Source: a virus. From it: 64,000 nucleotides of DNA. Numbering within the stretch: the stretch's first letter is position 1; each line of letters starts with the position of its first letter. Of this stretch, positions 49,464 through 57,606 are shown piece after piece. Position numbers and translations under genes: made by a program. The notes below the pieces were generated by a model that worked only from the letters and a program-made list of their open reading frames with translations, had not been told where the DNA came from and did not search any database. Location of the stretch: positions 32,001 to 96,000 of IMG/VR virus record IMGVR_UViG_3300004369_000002, one strand, 5' to 3'.

Positions 49464-51388
49464 CGAATCGGGCACGCTCCGGTAGCGCACTCGCTCGGAT
49501 CAAGTTCTGTGCCTGACGCATCCAGCACCAACGGAACCGAGAAGTCAACCTTCGCAACCATCTTCTTGTACTCGTCCTCAGTGATTTCCTCGTAGGGCGG
49601 TAGGGGGAAGTTGTGATCCGAGTGAAGTAGGAACGAGACGCTCTTCACGCTGTCGGTGTAGTTCTTGCTCAACCATTCTTTGATCTCGGACAGTTCTTCC
49701 TTGCGGTAATAGACGGTGACCGAGACGGCATTATCTGCCCAGTCTGTCTGCATCCGCTTTACCCATTCCAACTGTTCCACCGCAGTCATATCCTTAGCAA
49801 GAACAGCACCTTCCGGTGATTCTGCCGGGAACTCCACGACATAGCGAGTGTGATCCTCTCGCCCATCAAGACCAACATCCCACTTCACTACATAGCCTCG
49901 CCGACGACATGCTTCTACAAGCGGATCCGCCGCACCGAACCGAACACGTCGAATGTAGTGACGAGCATATGCCGGATGGATTCCTGGCGTGTTGCCGGGC
50001 AGAAGAGACAGCGTTCCCGAAGGTTGAACCGTCGTCAGGCGAACGCTCACAGGGAAATTGTGTTCAGCGGAGTACTCAACATCAACATCATGCAAGTACT
50101 CATAAACCGGCGACAGCCACGACAGTTTCGTCGAATCACACTGAAGGACACCGGTAATCGACTGTCCCAAACGGGCGTTCTTCTGAACGATCTTGTTGGT
50201 CTTGTCGTACGGATAGTTCATCCGAGTGATGTGCTTCTGGGTCATGTACAAAAGCCGGGAAATGTCCTTGAACTGCTCCAACGATTCAATATTGGGGAGA
50301 AACACCGTGGCAAGGTTGCAGGACTCGCCATCACCCAAGGCAATCTCGGCGCACGGGTTGTAGCCCTCAATTGTAGGGTCGGGTCGCTTGTCTCCGAGGC
50401 GTCCATACTGACGGGCCAACTTGCGGTTTACCAGACCGTAGGGTTCGCCCGTTCCGTCGTAGCCCTTCCAAACATCTGGCATGATCTCGTCCCACGCATC
50501 AGCGTAAACGCTGTTGTTACTGTTAGCGCGCCACGCTGGAATTGTTCCGGTCGACCAGTTCTTCGCTCGCAAGAACAACATGTCGTCCGGGTCGCCGATA
50601 GCGATCTGGGCTGAGCGTCGGGACGAACCAGAAACAACGATTCGACCAATGATGTTGCATATATCCAACACGTCAACTGAACGCAATTTCTTGCCTGCTC
50701 GGTTGTCCATCACCTTACAGATGTCATTTATTCCATCGATCAGGGCACCAGGGCCTGATGCCGTTCCACCGAACGACTTCAATGGGGCACCAAACTCGCG
50801 TACCAGGATCGTGGAATAAGTAAAGGACTTGCCGGTGTGGAAGTACGACTTGAGGACCGAGTGGAGCATCCGGCTCCACCCTTGACGGGAATCGGGGACA
50901 ATGATGTCGGCGTCATTGCTTCGTTCGTGCGAAATCTTCACGCCAGTCTTCACTTTGGGAAGTTCGTGAATCTTCGCTCGTTCAACTGAAAACCCGACGC
51001 CTCCGCCGAGCATCAGATGGTCAAAAAGAAACTCAAAGTCTTCCACTGTTTCGATGTTGACGAAATAACAGTTATTCAGCGATGCCGCGTTGAATTTCTT
51101 CACCAAGGGCGTACCCAACTGCCACAGGGCCCGCCCCGAGTACGAGCACCGCAAGTTGAACATGTGATCAAAGAGCCGTTCGGCTTCGTCCTGGGTGTAG
51201 GGAACGCCAATTTCAATTGCTCCATTAATTACCCGCTGAATTGTTTCGGGCCACATTTCATTGCGCCCAAGATGCTCCAGCGGTCGGCTGTAGGTGCGGA
51301 GATAAACAATCTCGCCCAGACCACCAAACCCCCAAGGAGCCTGTTTTGAGGCGTACTTAGCCACGAAATCATCTGTTATAAAAGTCAC
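49460..51388 (-). CDS. nrdJ: class II (adenosylcobalamin-dependent) ribonucleotide reductase
   Basis: YLRTYSR, NNC, NPCAEI, CNL, TVQPSGTLSLL, C-terminal CATGACPIR; GTG start after AAGGGG. Confidence 0.93.
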   Translation of the reverse strand: MTFITDDFVAKYASKQAPWGFGGLGEIVYLRTYSRPLEHLGRNEMWPETIQRVINGAIEIGVPYTQDEAERLFDHMFNLRCSYSGRALWQLGTPLVKKFNAASLNNCYFVNIETVEDFEFLFDHLMLGGGVGFSVERAKIHELPKVKTGVKISHERSNDADIIVPDSRQGWSRMLHSVLKSYFHTGKSFTYSTILVREFGAPLKSFGGTASGPGALIDGINDICKVMDNRAGKKLRSVDVLDICNIIGRIVVSGSSRRSAQIAIGDPDDMLFLRAKNWSTGTIPAWRANSNNSVYADAWDEIMPDVWKGYDGTGEPYGLVNRKLARQYGRLGDKRPDPTIEGYNPCAEIALGDGESCNLATVFLPNIESLEQFKDISRLLYMTQKHITRMNYPYDKTNKIVQKNARLGQSITGVLQCDSTKLSWLSPVYEYLHDVDVEYSAEHNFPVSVRLTTVQPSGTLSLLPGNTPGIHPAYARHYIRRVRFGAADPLVEACRRRGYVVKWDVGLDGREDHTRYVVEFPAESPEGAVLAKDMTAVEQLEWVKRMQTDWADNAVSVTVYYRKEELSEIKEWLSKNYTDSVKSVSFLLHSDHNFPLPPYEEITEDEYKKMVAKVDFSVPLVLDASGTELDPSECATGACPIR

Positions 51389-51401
51389 AGGTTGCCCCTT
51401 A

Positions 51402-51722
51402 TTAGTTATTTTTGGTAAAAATGCCCAATTCTTTAGCCTGAGCCAATGGGATATGCCGACCAGCACGAACGACAAGAACACGCGCTTTCGTGAAAGGAGT
51501 TATCTGGCGTTCCTCCCAAATATCCTCTTCAACAAGCACGGTTTGACTGTCCTCCATGGACGGAACGTCACCCAAGCCCCAGACGTGATGCGGAGGACCG
51601 GAATCCCCCTTGCAATCCCCCGTTGGATGCCCACATACCGGACAAGGCTGACGATCGGCAAGCGACACAATAACCTCACCTAAACGGACTTGTCCGGGGG
51701 AAAGGCCAAAATTTGTGCTCAT
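51402..51722 (-). CDS. hypothetical protein with CPVCGHPTGDC metal-binding motif
   Basis: CxxC..H....C; leaderless-type -10 upstream. Confidence 0.6.
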   Translation of the reverse strand: MSTNFGLSPGQVRLGEVIVSLADRQPCPVCGHPTGDCKGDSGPPHHVWGLGDVPSMEDSQTVLVEEDIWEERQITPFTKARVLVVRAGRHIPLAQAKELGIFTKNN

Positions 51723-51772
51723 CTGTCGATGGTACATCAATTTGGGTGCGCCGACAGCAACTCCATAAAAGG

Positions 51773-51797
51773 AAAAAGGCCCCCGAAGGGGCCTTTT
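51773..51797. terminator. bidirectional intrinsic terminator
   Basis: AAAAAGGCCCC-CGAA-GGGGCCTTTT. Confidence 0.85.
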
Positions 51798-51816
51798 ACC
51801 AGGACTTTTGCGTTTG

Positions 51817-52071
51817 TCAGATGGCGTCCGAGTAACGCGGATCCTTGTTCTTGAGGTTTTGCAATTCCTGCTGGAAAGTCTCGTTGAATTCGTTCTCGTA
51901 GCGGTACTGGAGAACCAGGTAGGCGCGGCGACGAGCCTCGTTGCGAAGACGGTTCTTGGCGTTCTGCGCCTTCTTCCGCTCTTCCTTCTGCTCGGGCGTC
52001 AACACGCTGGGTCGGCCACGTCGGGCTCCGCCAAGACGCATCTCCTGGATGCGCTCAAACTCCGTTGTCAT
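51817..52071 (-). CDS. small basic DNA-binding protein (RRGRP AT-hook-like)
   Basis: AAGGAG RBS; GARRGRPS motif followed by a charged helix. Confidence 0.6.
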   Translation of the reverse strand: MTTEFERIQEMRLGGARRGRPSVLTPEQKEERKKAQNAKNRLRNEARRRAYLVLQYRYENEFNETFQQELQNLKNKDPRYSDAI

Positions 52072-52219
52072 TATTGTCTCCTTGTTAGAGGTCAGTAACT
52101 GTGCCCGTAAAGGCAGAAGCGACTGTAGCGCCACACCTTGACCCAAAGCAACCTCACCTTTAAAAAAAAATCGCTGATGCATCCCCAGCAGACAGCATGT
52201 CGGATTTTATGATCGAACT

Positions 52220-52495
52220 ATGTCCGAAAACGAACGACAAAATGCTTACTCAATGTTGCAAGAAGCAATCGACTGCGCTAATGGAGGAAACGGCGAACGG
52301 GCCCGAACCCTCGCCCTAATTTCCATAGCGGCCTCACTCCTCGGTAACCAGAACAACCACTCCCACGCGCCGCACATCGACTCGGTCATCGCCGACCTCG
52401 CCGACACCTTCTTTAACGCTCCTGAAGAAACAACTTTTGCCAACCTTCAGTTAGCACTAAATAGCCGGAAAAATATTTCCGGAGGAAATGCTTGA
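52220..52495 (+). CDS. hypothetical protein
   Basis: ORF with TATGAT-N6-ATG. Confidence 0.55.
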   Translation: MSENERQNAYSMLQEAIDCANGGNGERARTLALISIAASLLGNQNNHSHAPHIDSVIADLADTFFNAPEETTFANLQLALNSRKNISGGNA

Positions 52496-52916
52496 CTCCC
52501 GTTTGCGAAACCGATACAAAGGACCATTCGTATTCCTACGATGGACCGGAGGGGCAATGACAGAAGTGTTTAACTGGGAAGAAGAATTCCGACCGTTGGA
52601 TGATGACGCAGTTGATTCGTTGATGCATATCGCCCACGAATTGCGTTCTTTTAAGGAAAACAAGTGGGTTTCGGACGAAGATCACGAAACATTTGAGATC
52701 GCCGCACATCAACTGGAACGGTTGACCGCAATGACCGTTGGTGGCTTCGCTTTGTACATACAATCGTTCGAACACGCTGAAGCGTTATCTGCTGAAGTCG
52801 AACGCTTGATGGAACTGTGCAATAAGGCCGACATCGATGAGTTTCAATCGTGGTCGATTGCGAACGAAGCATTCAAGGTGTTCAAGAAGGAACTGAACTT
52901 GAATGATGATGAATGA
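52488..52916 (+). CDS. hypothetical protein (start may be the downstream MTEV)
   Basis: ORF; RBS-like sequences at both candidate starts. Confidence 0.55.
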   Translation: MLDSRLRNRYKGPFVFLRWTGGAMTEVFNWEEEFRPLDDDAVDSLMHIAHELRSFKENKWVSDEDHETFEIAAHQLERLTAMTVGGFALYIQSFEHAEALSAEVERLMELCNKADIDEFQSWSIANEAFKVFKKELNLNDDE

Positions 52917-53133
52917 TCTTTTCGAATCGGACATTGTGGACGAACTCCATGATCTTTACGGCGTAAGCGGAGACCCACTGATCGGTCGCGCTGCTACCGA
53001 GTATGCGATTGTTCGCTCTATCAGCAAACAGTTGTATGAGTCGCTCCTTGACTTGTCATCACGTTGCGGTGTTGACGTGGAAAACAACGATGGGATCTTT
53101 TGGTTTGAGTACTTCTTCGGCAAAACGGTGTGA
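52903..53133 (+). CDS. hypothetical protein
   Basis: overlapping operon packing. Confidence 0.5.
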   Translation: MMMNDLFESDIVDELHDLYGVSGDPLIGRAATEYAIVRSISKQLYESLLDLSSRCGVDVENNDGIFWFEYFFGKTV

Positions 53134-53210
53134 GTGATTTTTAAATCTGCCTATAAAATGATCGCTACCACTGAATGTGGGGCTCGTATAAATGAAAGGA
53201 GGACGAGCAC

Positions 53211-53690
53211 ATGACACCCGAACAAATCACAGCAATCCAAACCAGAAACGAATCACAATTCAAAGAACTCATCGACGCCGAGTACAAGACCAACTTTCAC
53301 AACGACCCAACCCGTCGTGAATACCACACAGAAGTTCACCGCGCCAAATGGGTCCTCTTCATCAACCCAACCGAAGACTGGGGCAAAAGCCTCCGACGCA
53401 ACGCCATCGCCAGAAGCATCATCGAAGAACTGACCGGACAAGAAGTCGTTATAGAAAAAAAGGAACGACGAACCGACAAGTATCAAAAACTCATTGAATG
53501 GTGCAAAGAAAACCACCTTCGCCAATTCACAGCGCAAGACCTCTGCGAAGTAGCGGATATCTCATACCCAACCGCACTCAAATTCACAAAAGATCGCCCA
53601 GACCTGGTCCACAAGATCAAAAAGGGTCTGTACGAAGCGCGTGACCCAGAAATCATGCGCAAAGAAGAAAAAGATCGTCAAAACAAATAA
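53211..53690 (+). CDS. hypothetical protein with C-terminal HTH-like region
   Basis: AAGGAGG RBS; FTAQDLCEVADISYPTALKF. Confidence 0.6.
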   Translation: MTPEQITAIQTRNESQFKELIDAEYKTNFHNDPTRREYHTEVHRAKWVLFINPTEDWGKSLRRNAIARSIIEELTGQEVVIEKKERRTDKYQKLIEWCKENHLRQFTAQDLCEVADISYPTALKFTKDRPDLVHKIKKGLYEARDPEIMRKEEKDRQNK

Positions 53691-53707
53691 AACATAACGG
53701 AGGGGAC

Positions 53708-54061
53708 GTGACGACAAAACAAAAAATCGATATGGAATGGATCGAACAAGGTGCATGCCGAGATCAGCCCACTATCAATTTTTTTGCTGAAAACACATCT
53801 GCCAGGGGGCGCCTAGAGCAAAAAGCAGCAATATCGCTTTGCCAAAACTGCCCGGTTCTCTACTCGTGCCGAGAGTACGCACTGAAATACGAGCGATTCG
53901 GCGTTTGGGGCGGACTAACCGAAATCCAACGAACCAAAGAGCGTCGACGCCTCAAGATCAAACCCGAACTTGATCGCTTCAACATGCAAATGTTCCTACC
54001 CCGAGCAAACCGTCCAGACAACAAGGTGAAAGGAAACATGGGTGAACGACATCAATTCTGA
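53708..54061 (+). CDS. whiB: WhiB-family Fe-S transcription factor
   Basis: W...GAC...FF...C..CPV..SC...AL..ERFGVWGGLTE..R. Confidence 0.93.
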   Translation: MTTKQKIDMEWIEQGACRDQPTINFFAENTSARGRLEQKAAISLCQNCPVLYSCREYALKYERFGVWGGLTEIQRTKERRRLKIKPELDRFNMQMFLPRANRPDNKVKGNMGERHQF

Positions 54062-54758
54062 CAACCCCCGAACACACTCCACGTTCCGCTCCGGGCCATG
54101 GGGCTACGTGATTCTGGATGCCCGAATGGCTGACGACCTTTCCGTAGTAAACAGCGCTCGCGTTTCCTTCGATCGCCACTCGGACGATCTGGGACCCCGA
54201 GAACTCGGATTAATCGCATTCCTAATGCGTGAGCAACACGGAACACCATTCGAACATAACTCGTTCCGCTTCATCGCCAAAACGCCGATTTTTGTTGCCC
54301 GGGAATGGTTCCGCCATCGCGTCGGCTGGTCGTACAACGAGTTCTCCGCCAGATATTCAGAGATGAAAGAAGAATGGTACGTGCCCGAACTGTCAGCGGT
54401 TCGCACCCAAGTCGGCAAACCTGGCTCGTATTCATTTGAACCAATCGTCAGACCGCAGTCAGAGGAAATCCTTGAAACCATTGACGAAGCGCAGTCGCAG
54501 GCGTTTCGTACCTACTCTTGGCTACTATCGCAAGGATGCGCAAAAGAACTCGCCCGAACGGTATTGCCCGTTGGCATGTTCACGAAGTTTTACGCAACCT
54601 GCAACGCTCGGTCGCTCATGCATTTCGTTGCGCTTCGTAACCACCCGAACGCCCAATACGAGATTCGCCAAGCAGCGAACGCAGTAGAAGAAATCTTCGC
54701 AGAAATCATGCCCCACACATACACGGCATTTTTGAACAATGAGAGGACAGCACCATGA
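54042..54758 (+). CDS. thyX: flavin-dependent thymidylate synthase
   Basis: HGTPFEH, AREWFRHR..SYNEFSARY, ELARTVLP, LRNHPNAQYEIR. Confidence 0.95.
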   Translation: MNDINSDNPRTHSTFRSGPWGYVILDARMADDLSVVNSARVSFDRHSDDLGPRELGLIAFLMREQHGTPFEHNSFRFIAKTPIFVAREWFRHRVGWSYNEFSARYSEMKEEWYVPELSAVRTQVGKPGSYSFEPIVRPQSEEILETIDEAQSQAFRTYSWLLSQGCAKELARTVLPVGMFTKFYATCNARSLMHFVALRNHPNAQYEIRQAANAVEEIFAEIMPHTYTAFLNNERTAP

Positions 54759-54898
54759 GTGCCGACCGTAGCCGCACCTACGAAAAAAACGCTTTCACTC
54801 CACTGGAACTGATGAAAGCGCGAGGCGCAAGCGACGCTGAAATTCGTGCATATTTGAAAAAGCGCGAACAAGGCATTTGGAAGACGAAAGCCAAGTAA
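54755..54898 (+). CDS. 47-aa hypothetical protein
   Basis: ATGA overlap with thyX, fills the gap to the primase: MSADRSRTYEKNAFTPLELMKARG... Confidence 0.5.
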   Translation: MSADRSRTYEKNAFTPLELMKARGASDAEIRAYLKKREQGIWKTKAK

Positions 54899-54901
54899 CG
54901 C

Positions 54902-56647
54902 GTGACTCAACAGCCCCAGTCCGAACAAGTAGCACGGTTCCTCGGGAGACTCCAAGGCGTTCGATCTAACGGCGCTGGATGGTCGGCCCGATGCCCTTGC
55001 CGGAACGACGACCAAAATCCTTCGCTGTCCATTGGCCAAGGAAACGATGGCCGTGTTCTCGTCACCTGTCATCGTGGAATACCATGTTCCGTCGATCAAA
55101 TTTGCAGTTCGGTTGGAATAACGGTCACAGACCTTATGCCACCGCGTGACAAATCCGAATACACAGCGAATAAGTCTTCGACCACCAATTGGACGCACAC
55201 ATACGACTATCGCGACGAGAACGGAACGCTGATCTATCAAAAACAGCGTGGCATTCGTGACGGAAAAAAGACATTCCGAATACGCAGACCTGACGGTCAA
55301 GGTGGCTACGAGTACAACGCCAACGGCGTTCAGAAAATCCTTTACAACTTACCGATGGTTGTTCGCGCTGTCGCAGACAAAAACACGGTGTTCGTTGTCG
55401 AAGGAGAAAAAGATGCCGACACTCTGATTGAAGCCGGATTCATCGCAACGACCGTTCCCTTTGGTGCAGGACCAGGAAAATGGATTCCCGAGTACACCGC
55501 ACCTCTCGCCGGATCTGATGTCGTTGTTATCGCCGACAAAGACGACTCGGGCCGTGAGTTCGCCACGGAAATTCGTGACTGTCTTGTGGAAGCGGGATGC
55601 TCCGTCGAACTTTTGATTGCCCCAGGACCTGATAATGACGGAATCAAGGACGTCACCGACCTGCTGACTGCCGGACGAAGCCTTACCGAACTTGTGCCGT
55701 TCGACGGCTCATACAAATCCGATCCTCTTGAAGAAAAAGTCGACGAGATCACCCCGATTCTCAGCAAAATCAGGGAAATTCTGGAACGTGACGACCTTGA
55801 CAATCTCAACAAGGTCACTCGCGCCGAAATCGCCCTTAATGGCCTCCTTCCACAAACGGGCGCTCGCCCGGAAGGTCGTCTCGTCAAGTGGGACGAATTT
55901 GTCAATGAGGACGATGACGATTCTTATGACTGGGTGATTCCGAACGTCCTGGAACGCCAAGAGCGACTTATGGTTGTCGCCAGCGAAGGTGTCGGCAAAA
56001 CGTTCCTTGCCCGCCAGGTGGCACTCTTGTCAGCCGCCGGAATTCACCCATTCACCCTGGAAAGAATCAAACCGATTCGAACCCTGACGGTCGACCTAGA
56101 GAACCCTCCCCGGATTATTCGTCGAACATCACGAAACATCCAGCGAACAGCCAACGAATACGGATTCTGTTCCCAGCCTGAGGCCCATCTGCTGATCAAA
56201 CCCGATGGTTTGGACTTGATGAAAACAGGAGATCGGGCGTTCCTGGAAGAAGCGATCGAATCGACCAAGCCCGACATCTTGTTTTTGGGGCCCATCTACA
56301 AATCTTTCATTGACCCTGGGGGACGCACTAGCGAATCCATCGCTATCGAAATAGCCAAATACTTTGATAGCCTCAGAACGTTCTACAACATGGCAATGTG
56401 GTTCGAACACCACGCACCCCTCGGAAACAGCATGTCCTCCCGAGACCTCCGCCCATTCGGATCCGCAGTTTGGTCACGATGGCCCGAATTTGGCCTCAGC
56501 CTCCAACCCGACCCCACAGCCACCGAAGGATACGTCTACGAGGTCAAACATTTCCGAGGTGCCCGTGACAGACGCCAATTCCCAACTAAAATAAAACGAG
56601 GCACTCTTTTCCCGTTTGAAGTGCTGGAATTCGCCCGAATGGACTAA
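54902..56647 (+). CDS. DNA primase-helicase (Zn finger, TOPRIM, RecA/AAA helicase)
   Basis: CPC..D..PSLS...CH...C; VEGEKDAD, DKDDSG; Walker A ASEGVGKT. Confidence 0.88.
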   Translation: MTQQPQSEQVARFLGRLQGVRSNGAGWSARCPCRNDDQNPSLSIGQGNDGRVLVTCHRGIPCSVDQICSSVGITVTDLMPPRDKSEYTANKSSTTNWTHTYDYRDENGTLIYQKQRGIRDGKKTFRIRRPDGQGGYEYNANGVQKILYNLPMVVRAVADKNTVFVVEGEKDADTLIEAGFIATTVPFGAGPGKWIPEYTAPLAGSDVVVIADKDDSGREFATEIRDCLVEAGCSVELLIAPGPDNDGIKDVTDLLTAGRSLTELVPFDGSYKSDPLEEKVDEITPILSKIREILERDDLDNLNKVTRAEIALNGLLPQTGARPEGRLVKWDEFVNEDDDDSYDWVIPNVLERQERLMVVASEGVGKTFLARQVALLSAAGIHPFTLERIKPIRTLTVDLENPPRIIRRTSRNIQRTANEYGFCSQPEAHLLIKPDGLDLMKTGDRAFLEEAIESTKPDILFLGPIYKSFIDPGGRTSESIAIEIAKYFDSLRTFYNMAMWFEHHAPLGNSMSSRDLRPFGSAVWSRWPEFGLSLQPDPTATEGYVYEVKHFRGARDRRQFPTKIKRGTLFPFEVLEFARMD

Positions 56648-56650
56648 CAA

Positions 56651-57298
56651 ATGAGCAATCAAAAAGGGCTCACACGAGAATTCTTAGCCGAACGCGACCT
56701 CCGTATTTTTAAAATGCGTCAGGCAGGCGTACCTCCGGCAGAAATCGGCCGCAGATTCTCAATGTCAACAGCGGCGGTCAATACCGCCATACGTCGGCAA
56801 CTAGAAAAACTCAACCGAGAAGCACTCATGGCGTACCCGGAAGTTCTCCGCATGGAACTGGAACGCCTGGACGCACTACAGCAATCAATCTGGCCCCTCA
56901 CCCAACACCGGAAAGTCAAAATGGACGACGGAAGCGAAGTCCAACTAGAACCCGACCTAAAAGCAATCCAACAGGTTCTCGCAATCATGGACCGCCGATC
57001 CCGCCTCCTCGGCATGGAACAAACAACAGTCAGCCTCCAGGTCGAACAGGTCGAACCACAACGAGCGGTGCTCGCAGGTGCCAACAACAACCAGGCCGCC
57101 GACGTCAACGCATTCAACCCCGAAACCGAAGCCCGTCAACTCATGCAAATCATGCGCGACGCCGGAGTGCTCCCTCAAGAAGTCATCGACCAAATCCTGG
57201 CCGACAACGAACAAGCCGCACTACCACCAGGCACGCCCAACGATCTACCAATAATCGACATCGAAGAGACAGAGGAAGTAGAAATCCGCTATGGATGA
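56651..57298 (+). CDS. HTH protein, terminase small subunit-like
   Basis: N-terminal HTH; ELERLDAL...KAIQQVL.IMDRRSRLLG. Confidence 0.55.
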   Translation: MSNQKGLTREFLAERDLRIFKMRQAGVPPAEIGRRFSMSTAAVNTAIRRQLEKLNREALMAYPEVLRMELERLDALQQSIWPLTQHRKVKMDDGSEVQLEPDLKAIQQVLAIMDRRSRLLGMEQTTVSLQVEQVEPQRAVLAGANNNQAADVNAFNPETEARQLMQIMRDAGVLPQEVIDQILADNEQAALPPGTPNDLPIIDIEETEEVEIRYG

Positions 57299-57605
57299 CA
57301 AACAAGACAACATCGAAGCCGCAATGAACAAAGTTGCCGAGGACATAAAACCCACTCGCCCAGCCAACACAAACACCGCAGACGGCGAAACAACCAATAA
57401 ACAAGTCCTCATCCGTGCCACCGAACTAGACCAGTCGCGATGGAAAGCCGCAGCAGCCAAAAAAGACATTTCCATGAGCGAATTCATCAGAAATGCTTGT
57501 AACGCAGCCGCAGCCGAACTACTTGACTGCCAGCACCCAGAACACATGCGACGCACATACCCCTGGTCGGATACCTGTCTCAAATGCGGAACAAGGTTGA
57601 AGTGA
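57291..57605 (+). CDS. ribbon-helix-helix protein with C-terminal Cys/His motif
   Basis: QVLIRAT...WKAAA...ISMSEFIR; CQHP...CLKCG. Confidence 0.6.
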   Translation: MDDKQDNIEAAMNKVAEDIKPTRPANTNTADGETTNKQVLIRATELDQSRWKAAAAKKDISMSEFIRNACNAAAAELLDCQHPEHMRRTYPWSDTCLKCGTRLK

Positions 57606-57606
57606 C

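Noticed and set aside
49816-51349. Plus-strand ORFs opposite nrdJ, and many other antisense ORFs
   Set aside because: Shadow frames of well-supported genes with no recognisable motifs
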